From NCBI GenBank assembly GCA_000934665.2, contig KZ538058.1:124001-157668 (forward strand): a stretch of 33,668 bases of DNA, written 5' to 3'. This document shows positions 24,403 through 33,668 of the stretch, one piece after another. The number at the start of each line of letters is the position of its first letter. Position 1 is the stretch's first letter. This DNA comes from Catajapyx aquilonaris (Eukaryota). The notes beneath the pieces were generated by a model that was not told the DNA's origin, ran no database searches, and saw only the letters and a list, made by a program, of their open reading frames with translations. A program made the translations under genes and the position numbers.

Positions 24403-27400
24403 CACTCAGGCAACTGCTGTGTATTGTATATACTGTACTGTACTACATGTTTCATTGTCCCATTGAATCATTCATGTCCAACTCTGGCCAAAAGTTGGCG
24501 ATATGAACTCTTAAAATATATGTCATTTTAATTTTAAAAGTAAAATTACATCACTCATACCATGGAAGGTAGTTTAACCAAAGGAGCATTTCATACATTC
24601 AGAAAGTTAAGCGAGAATCATGCATCAAATTAAACTTTTTTAAAAATTAAGCCGGTGCATATGCACTGACTGTAGAGTAATTGTGCGATGTTTTTAATAG
24701 CCGAACAAGTTTTACGTCCTTACTTGTTAAGTCCTTTTAAGCTCTAAATCCGCTTATTGGAGAGTTCATTATTTTTGGCGTTTCAGAGAGTTCTTAAGTA
24801 CATTAGTTCTTACGCTCTCTTCTGTGGTATACTGTACACTAGGAATGAATGGCTCTATTTCGAATGGCCTTTTCCAATGTTCACTAGAGTCCCAAAGTTG
24901 TCGAGCCCCTGAAACTTTACTCGTAAAATGTCTCCACTTCACAATTAACCCTAAAGTAAGAAACTCCATCAGCTTGTTACGCAATTCTCGATAAGGTAAA
25001 AACTCGCACAGAAAGCAAAGTAACCGAACACGTTAAAATATAAATCATCGTTATATTTTATATTTTTAAACATGCCCCAGATATGCAGCTTTTATTCTCT
25101 CCTGTCCCACAGTTATTATATAATTTATGCGGGTTTTTTTTCTCTCTTTAAAAATGTGTGTTTTATTGGAGCTGTATCAGGACGTGAACTGCACTCAAGC
25201 AGAGTCAACGCTGTAAAAAGTGCTCCATAAAACCAGGATTCTTTGAAGATATCGTGCTCTTCTTTTGAATCGTCCAACCCGCACTCCACACACGAAAAGG
25301 GCATCACTCACATCGATTCGCGATATGCTGGAATGGCCTAATGCGAAAGCCACATGCATATTTAGAAGTCGAAACAGTCCGTGGGAAACCGCAGAAGTTG
25401 AAAGTGTATATGTAGGCCACATCAGGTTATGCTTGTGGAGGTCTATCATATTATGCCTAACAATGAACTATACCACAATAATAGGCGTTGAAGCAATTTT
25501 TGGCATATCCACTTTGATGTTAACCGCCACAGAAATTTTCGTAAGTAGGTTAAAATTAGGCTTAAATCCTCTGTGTATAGGATTAGCCAGGGCTAAACAT
25601 GGTGGAACTTCTCAAATTGAGCAAAAGATTAAGCATTGTTCAACAATTTTTGGATCAGTACCCTGTACTATATGTGAAGGAGCCTTTTACTTGAAGAGAT
25701 TATAAGCAGACTGCATGGATGTTTGCTTTAATTAATACCGGGAAATGACAAACCGTATGTTTGTAGGAGCTCAAGAGGCGATCCATTCAAGTAATACGTG
25801 GGCTTGAAGTGAGGATTAACTTGCTGATGTAACACTGGGAAATTCAACACCTGACACCTCATTACAAACTGGGCCGAAACGATGCCTTAGAGCGCAGATT
25901 CACCGACTTCAGGTCACCGTACAACTTCGACCAAGGAAGTATTGTTCTTGGCAGGTTTACACGCCTTTTTAAAAATGAAAGTGAATGTAAACGATATGAT
26001 GTAAATGCTTGATGCAACTATGGCCCGTAGGCTCAGCGGTATAATTCAAATCCGTTGGATGAAGCTTTTAGAGCCAGTTGCCCAGCGTTGAATGAAAGGC
26101 TAAAAAATATATTAAGCACCTGTCTATTATGCGAATGCTTTCGTCACGTATACTGAACGTATACTGCGCATTAAAAATCTCCGCCAAAAAGAAATTCAAT
26201 GCAACTTTTGTGTTGCAATTCAGCTTTGGTAGGATGCACTTCATTGCGTTTCTAGCAGAATAAATGACAAATGACTGATTCGGTGTACGTGTCGCATTGA
26301 GATTGTTTCTTGACATTTGGAACGACACAGTAATCTGATTTAGCTTTTAAGTTTCAGCCTTTCCGAGTAAGGATTTTTTCTTAAAAAAGTGCGCACAATG
26401 CAGGTATTTACGAGGTTTGAGTATAAGTTAAGGCATTTATAGTCTTCGCATGTCCCAGAGGCATATTGCTACGCTCTGTTAAACTGAGATGACCGACAAG
26501 GACAAGAAATATACGTCGATCCCACCACATTTCATGAAGGGAGACGAGTATTGTGTTCCGTATTTGCGGAGGGTGTGGTTGGAATAGTATTCCTTGAATT
26601 GTGCAGACGGGAATATTACAAGCTGGACAACGACAGCCTGTTATTTGCTCACGTTACGCCCACCTTCACCTATTCACATTGATCTCATTTTTTCCAACAC
26701 GCAAAATGAAAATGAGCTGTCTGGCTATGCTGTGCTGAGTATTCATTTTTGTCATACTGTCCAATTTTGAGTGCTGATCATTACAAAACGGAAGGAGACT
26801 ATAGAGAAAAAAAAATCATTTCTTCCCAACAACAGAGCTGTAATCATTCTGTCAACAGAGTTGCCTAAAATGCTTTCATAAACGCAAAAGACATGGATCA
26901 AGTTGTCAACCCACAATATCAGAAGGACGGAAAACTAACTGGTGACAAATTCTGAATGGACAAAATTTCAGCAAAGGTTTGTACCCAAATGAAAAATGAT
27001 TAGTAATGTGTTGATCGGCACATTGCAAAGTACGGGAAAAATAAGCTGCGTTGTATATAACTACCCGGTCTATACTAATCGTTCGTAATAAATCTTCTGC
27101 TGCTCACTCTTCCATGTCGAGACCAAAAACCACTATGTCCTGCTGAGTTAGCCTCGAATTAATGGAGCCAGGATCCTAAAATAGCATTTATGTGCGTACT
27201 TTTTAATACCTTCGTTAAGTTATATGTACACCCCCCACACAACACAAAAGTTATTAACAGTCACGGTCTCTTTATCTCTTTAGTTCCGTTTGCCGAATGA
27301 GCGGAAATTTTTGTCAAAGAGACCATCCGAGTGGAACAACCACAACAAAATACTGGTCGGTATTATTACTCTACTAAACGCCTACGCTCTCGTGTCAAAA

Positions 27401-30400
27401 GAATAAATGATGAACCAGCATTTTTAAAATTTACAGTGTATTCGGTTTAACAAGACTGTGCAGCTCATTAACTTTAATTACTGCACGTAAGCTGAATGTA
27501 TTGTACGCCAGGGTGGTACGCAGACATAATAAGCATACATGTATGCACCTATAGTTTCCAAGGCAGAAGGTTCGTTTGCACTGGAGGACAAGGATTGAAG
27601 TGGTACACCATTCGTACATTGTCCGTTGCTATATGCGGATATTAAATGTGTACTCTCTGCCAGCCGACAATGCTGGGCGTGTGTACACTGGGAAGGTGGG
27701 TACACGTGCAAAAATCCATGCAAAAGTGCACTTCCGTTGCTTAGAGAGGGTTGTGCTATAATATTATAGTCAGGCTGGTCACTCATGTTCATATTTTTGC
27801 GATAGTTTCTATACAGTAAAAGGTCGTTCACACTTCCTTTTGCAAAGCTATTGTGTTTCTGAAGAAAATGGAAAAGGCCAACTGTCCAATTAAAAGTTGT
27901 CGTGTGGTGTATCGCTAAGGATTTCTACTTATTATTAGCGGTAAACCTGACCCAATACTTTTGTGCTGTGCTAGGTCGGCAAGTTTCCAGCTCTAACTAA
28001 ATACGATCTATGTCAACACCTTCGCACAATGTACTATACGCCCCTTTTGTCCTTTTGTACAGTACCACCTAAATCGCAGTTTGAAGCAGAGGAAACGTAA
28101 TTTTATTTATTTTCATAGCTAGAGGGACAGTTGTTCTCGATAAACTATTTCTGAATAGCTTCAGGGCATCTGATTGTATTAGGAAACATAATTAAATGGC
28201 AGCAAGGTTCTCACTCCAACGCAATATTCAGACGAGTACTTTGTAGGCCTACTCTACATTACCATGAAGGCTCCTGATTATTTAAATGCGTTACGAGGAA
28301 GTTTTATGCAAATTTTAAATGGAATATCGTTTTCTAATTAGGAATTCCCCAAGTTGAAGGAGGTTGTTTTCTGTCTTGGATTCAGATTCCAAGTTACAGG
28401 GACTCGTATAAACATTAGTCTCGGCGATCAGAATAAGTTGCATGGGACTGAGTGATTCACATTCTGCAAAAATTGTGTCAGATAATTCAATAAATTCCGA
28501 GTTGCTACAGTATATTATGCTTATTGCAAATTGCAAATACTGTATACTTAATCAAAGTTAACATGTTTACTTATTGGGAATGCAATCTTTATTATTGTGT
28601 GTGTAAATGCTTTCCCTTCGTACACTATTGACTAATTATTGAAAAGGGTATTCATGCTTCTTTCTCCTAGACATAATTCAATCCAGCATTGTATGGACTC
28701 GACGCCCATAATAATGTTAAGCACACTGCATTGTCCTTATTGACATCATGATGCACCAACGCTATTACGCTAATGCAATTTGATAATGCTGTTACGGAGA
28801 ATACACTGGATTTGGATCAGGCAGAGAAATTGCTATATTCCGCAGCCAGTATCGTGCTTACACTAGGTATAAGTGTCACTTGAAGCACGACTTCCCAGAC
28901 AAACTTTACGAAAGAGCATCGTATATTTAAAATGCGACACTTTGTTACAGTTTAGTGCGTCATGGACAGTGATCCTTGACATTATTTAGTTGAAAATGTT
29001 ACTTGAGAAATGTCAAATGAAGCGTTTTGTTTGTTTTTTATGCTGACCTTCGGGTCCATCCGAGTTGAAAAAAGCAGAGGCCGAACAACTGTCTTTATTG
29101 CCAGATCTCGTAACCAATTTGTAAGGGTGTCCCCCTACAAGTTGATATCATTTCCACTTCGGACGAGTTGCCAGAGGGAATTGTGTCCATATCGTCCAAT
29201 TCTCATTTGATGGCTGACACCTAGGAGTGAAACGCATTGCGGTTCAATACCAAATTTGACGCGAATTGCTCTCTGCGATGTTTCATTACCGGCTTTTGTG
29301 TCGTCGTTCAGTTTGCATACCTAAATGAGAAAAAAGTGACGTGACCCGAATCAGCAGCAGTCTGTATATATCTGCTGCGCTGGGTTTATAATCTAAATAT
29401 GGAGTCGATATCATCAGATGAATATATAGTGCAACAGCACAGAACATGAATCGGAGAGGATCCATCGCAGACCTCATTTCATTCGGTAAAATTATCATTG
29501 GTGAACTCACGTTTGGTCATTTTGATTGGTTTCACAAACACTACCCGTGTTCATAAACTTTCGAGTCACATATATACCAGTGATGTGATGCACTCTCCCG
29601 TCAGTTAAAATAGTTTATAACACGGCTAAAGTAAATGTTATTTTTGCCAGTGTGGAAACTAGATTGTAAATATTGCTTCAAAGGTGTCGCGGCAATGATG
29701 GGATAAAATGCTAATATTTTTTGCCGCGACATTGTAAAAAAACGCTATTAAAACCAGTAATGGAAAAATAACACGAGTAATTCTTCCGATAAGAATATCA
29801 ATCCAGTTTATTAATAGACTACTGCGCTGCCTATGCTATTATTACTACCTATATCTTTTAAATTGAGACATATAATATACTGATAATTATTATGAAGAAA
29901 GGCCCGGAAAACATCCACAGACGTGATGAATAATAATACTGTTTAGACAACAATTCAATTCTCAAGTAAGAAAAAAAAAATCTTCAATATTATTATTTCA
30001 CAGCATGGATCTGGTGTTAGCAAAGATTCCTGCCAGGCATGTTGTTGCCTTCTGATTTTATGTTTGGTAAACTGTTTGATATTCAACCTATTTTTGCACC
30101 TGAAGCTTCCTACTCATGTCTTCGCTTGTAGAGCACCAGCGTAGGTGGAGTTTCCATAAATATTGTGCACAAGACTGCAAAAGTACAGCTAAATTTTGTG
30201 CCAAATAGTTCAATGTTGAGATCCCAATAAGAGGATCAACAGGTTACCATTCGCGGCTCGGAGTGGGCGGATATATTCCGACATTACATGCAATCATATG
30301 CAAAATGCAGACAATGGAAATTCTCAGTATTGCCGGACCCTCATTATGCTCCCATTGTTATGCCACTTGCGTCATAAAATTGAGCATTAAAAATGAGTGG

Positions 30401-32171
30401 GGTTTATGATAAAAGTCGGAGATAGTCCAGTACCTTTTGTGAATATTGATATAGCTCATTTTTTTTTGCTCCTGATGTCTCGTGCTTATGCTGTTGGTGT
30501 AAAAAAAAGTGCGGGTACAATGCTACATGCAGATAACAAAAACGCAATGTGCGAATGACTTCCTGAATGTTTTTTTTTCTTCGCCACGAATCGCGCATCG
30601 GTGTGAATAGAATAATAGTCAAAGAGATCAACGTCCTTCCGAGAATGCTCATCAATACTATATATCAGGCGTGTAAAAAAAACTATAGTTTGAATTGATT
30701 ACAAGGTGAGGTGTTTAATTGGCAATCTGAGATGGGTATAGTAAAACTAGTGCTTGGTTTGGTAGAGCAAAATGTAACTGGGCCAGACGCAGCTTTACGC
30801 TGAAAATTGCAATGTTTGACTTGAATCCTAATTAAAGCTGCCTGTAGGTTGAGGAAAATCCATATAGCTTTTATTCTTTTCGGCTGGCTCTCTATCACTT
30901 TGATGTCACATTCAGAGAGTAATTCAAGAACAATATTTGCTCCGTGTTTCACCCCCCCCCCTTCCCCCTTTTCCAAAAAGCTTTATTGCTATTTATATAT
31001 AAAAAGTGGTTGGCAGCAAGAGAAGCCTTTAAAAAGTGACAGTTGTGAAGTGGTGGCCAGTCCGGGGGTCTCTCTTTCATCACCGGCTGTATCTGCAATC
31101 AATGCAATAGGTTGCTTGGATCTGACAGGTTGGTCTGCTGGTCCAAGTGACGAAATATCAACAACCGAGATGTCCAAAGAAAATTCAGGACGAAATTGAT
31201 TTTCTTCTTCTTCGTTGGAACGTAAAAAAATTGCTTTGGGGGTGGTGGGATTCGACATGGGTTGCCTCAATAAAAATCTCTGTAGAATTTGCCAGATTGA
31301 CTTTCAATGGCATTTGCACACACACTAGGGTCCTGTATAATGTCAACAAGATTTTCTTCTCTGGTCACGCTGCGTAATATGGGATGGAAAGGAGTGTTGG
31401 CCTAGGGTTCAAGCAAACTGCGACAGTGTCAGCGACCACCGCCTTTTTTTATTATGCGAGGTTTACTAGGGCAAGAGAGTCTGTGTTGACTTAAGTCGCT
31501 GCGGGAAATCATGCGGGAAGGACGCAATTTTGTAGGCTTTACGGGCGGGGTTGTGGTGTACAGAGGTGTTGTACATGGCAGTAGTCACTGACTATGTAGG
31601 TGCTACAGTCATGTCAAAATATAATTGGAAAAAAAACCATGGTGGAGCTAAACAAACGTCATAATTGAGAATGGTTATTTCATTTATGGAGCCGAGGAGG
31701 TATAGGGTGGCCATTTACAAATCTTCAGAAAGAAGGACACAGCTGGTAGGTATATCATATATGCTTTATACAGTACAATGCATTGTGTGACCCCTGACCT
31801 CTGGTCACACCCCGACTAGCTCAGTAACGCAGGTTCAGTTGGAGAAAAGATGTCAGGCTGGGAGAAAAGGGTGGAAGAAGTGGCGGGGAAAACTGGAAAA
31901 GCCGGGAAAAGTGAATAATTATGCTCTGAAACACACAGATTACCACATTATTTTACTTGACACACTAATAAGGATAAAATGTAACCTAAATCAAACATTT
32001 TATGGTGATTGTTGAATTGTGTAAATTGCTGTAGAAAATATAAATAAGGATATTATATTATGAGAATTTATTTGACAAATGACACTACATTGGGATTAAT
32101 AGTATTTTTTGGCGCCCTTATTCTTTACGATAAGTAGCCTACATGCTGGAGAGAGCGTGAGTATCGAGGTA

Positions 32172-32240
32172 GCGCAGCGGTCTAGTGGTTAAGACTCTCT
32201 CTTCGTAACCTGAAGGTTGAAGGATCGAATCCTGGAAGGA
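32172..32240 (+). mobile_element. tRNA-derived SINE-like head / tRNA pseudogene
   Basis: A-box-like CGGTCTAGTGGTTAAG (about 32178) and B-box-like GGATCGAATCC (32222-32232) at tRNA spacing, with a loop-like TTCGTAA between them. Acceptor and anticodon stems do not pair, so this is not a functional tRNA. Confidence 0.55.
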
Positions 32241-32339
32241 AGACGTCGTTTCTTTTTATCGCTATGGACCTTTCTGGCTGTTACTTCATTTCTCATTTCA
32301 CATTTATTTCTCTTTGAACTGCATCCGGTAAATAGGCTA

Positions 32340-33604
32340 GAGATTTTTTTTTTTTTGAAATTTTTAAAACACCTGCTTAATGGGAGGGGGCGGTCACTTT
32401 TTTCGAAGAAAAAAGTCAAAGAAATAAAAAGTCAATTAAATGATCAAGTGGCTTCGCTTGTGTCGTCCATCCCGGCAACCCCCACCCTACTCACCCCATA
32501 GTCCCTATATTTGTCATATACCAGGGAGTTCCATTCTCAAACCTATCACCCCTCCAAATATTTAACTCTACAATTTAAACTATAGGTCCTATAAAATCAC
32601 CAGCACATGCAAATGAATAGGCACACTTTTTAGGGCATTTCCAATGGTTTGTTGCAGCCTGACCTTTGACCTGAAAGGCCCTAATATTAGGTTTTTGGTC
32701 TGGGGCGACGCCCTACCTCGGTCTCCATCTGTCGGATCTCTCGTAATGAGACTGTACATAGCACAGTAGGCCTACTGATAGATATACAGTATATCTCTCG
32801 ATGTGAACAAGTATGCTCCTAGCCTGCTAGCCAAATGTAGCGGTCCGCCTGTCCTTGTGGGTAACGGGGCGGGGGTGGTAAGGGGGGAATATGTAAGGTC
32901 AAAGAGACAGGGAGGTGACCAAGCCTACACGAAAATTTGCCTATGTAAAACCGCGTCGAACGATCTGCGCATCTCCACCCACAGCAGAAGCGGGTGGGGA
33001 TTTACTATTTCATTAATCCATAGAGCAAGGCCACGAAGCAGTTACGCCGAATGTCCGTCCTGATGACCCCAAGGAGGTGACGATGACCACTCGCCTACGT
33101 CACATTCATGCTGTTACTAGCCAACTTGGCTAGGGGCATGCTTGTTCACATGGAGAAATATACTGTATATCTATGTACTGTGCTCTGTGCAGTCTCATTA
33201 CGAGAGACCCGACAGATGGAGACTGAGGTAGGGCCTCGCCCCAGACCAAAAACCTAATATTAGGGCCTTTCAGGTCAAAGGTCAGGCTGCAACAAACCAT
33301 TGGAAATGCCCTAAAAAGTGTGCCGATTCATTTGCATGTGCTTGTGATTTTATAGGACCTATAGTTTAAATTGTAGAGTTAAATATTTGGAGGGGTGATA
33401 GGTTTGAGAATGGAACTCCCTGATATAAGGCAAATGTAGGGACTATGGGGTGAGTAGGGTGGGGGATGCCGGGATGGACAACACAAGCGAAGCCACTTGA
33501 TCATTTAATTGACTTTTTATTTCTTTGACTTTTTTCTTCGAAAAAAGTGACCGCCCCCTCCCATTAAGCAGGTGTTTTAAAAATTTCAAAAAAAAAAAAT
33601 TCTC
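32340..33604. mobile_element. Foldback-type element or inverted pair of repeat copies: arms of about 480 bp (32340-32824 and 33128-33604) around a 300-bp spacer
   Basis: The arms align as reverse complements along their length (e.g. TTTTAAAACACCTGCTTAATGGGAGGGGGCGGTCAC; TGACCTTTGACCTGAAAGGCCCTAATATTAGG) with scattered substitutions and one small indel. No transposase ORF and no clear target-site duplication. Confidence 0.85.
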
Positions 33605-33668
33605 CCCTCCCCCCTTTCCTCCCCCTCTCCCTCTCCACCCCTCCCCCCCTTCTTCGCTGCTCCTCTAA

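Noticed and set aside
25265..25705. 146-aa ORF and a minus-strand CFNAYYC segment resembling AstCC
   Set aside because: Wrong Cys spacing, no dibasic sites and a nearby upstream stop; the ORF has no recognisable features.
29685..29731. 11-bp inverted repeat TGTCGCGGCAA / TTGCCGCGACA
   Set aside because: Too short and isolated to assign a function.
32172..32240. Functional tRNA-Thr(CGT)
   Set aside because: The cloverleaf stems do not pair; kept only as a SINE-like or pseudo element.
1..33668. CRISPR arrays, operons or other prokaryotic systems
   Set aside because: Spliceosomal gene structure throughout; no regularly spaced repeat-spacer array seen.

Overview
Eukaryotic genomic DNA, very probably from an arthropod. 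It is intron-rich, so most of the supplied ORF track is spurious or covers exons only partly. I reconstructed three spliced genes by hand. (1) The 3' 15 exons of PAN2, the poly(A) nuclease catalytic subunit (+ strand, <1..7702). It carries a Nab2/ZC3H14-type CCCH zinc finger inserted in its pseudo-USP domain and a 2.1-kb GC-AG intron inside the DEDD nuclease domain. (2) A convergent 7-exon gene (- strand, 15838..11111) for a secreted 390-aa protein resembling the Der p 7/group-7 allergen (TULIP-like) family, with a long acidic/Ser-rich insert. (3) A two-exon allatostatin-C neuropeptide precursor (+ strand, 19514..21748) whose predicted mature peptide is the divergent QMIFHPCYFNPVSCF. The non-coding DNA is rich in inverted repeats: two intronic MITEs (TAA and TA target-site duplications), two near-perfect ~100-nt hairpins downstream of PAN2 and AstC, a tRNA-derived SINE-like head, and a ~1.26-kb foldback structure with ~480-bp arms near the window end. 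Homology calls come from recalled family motifs; no database search was run.
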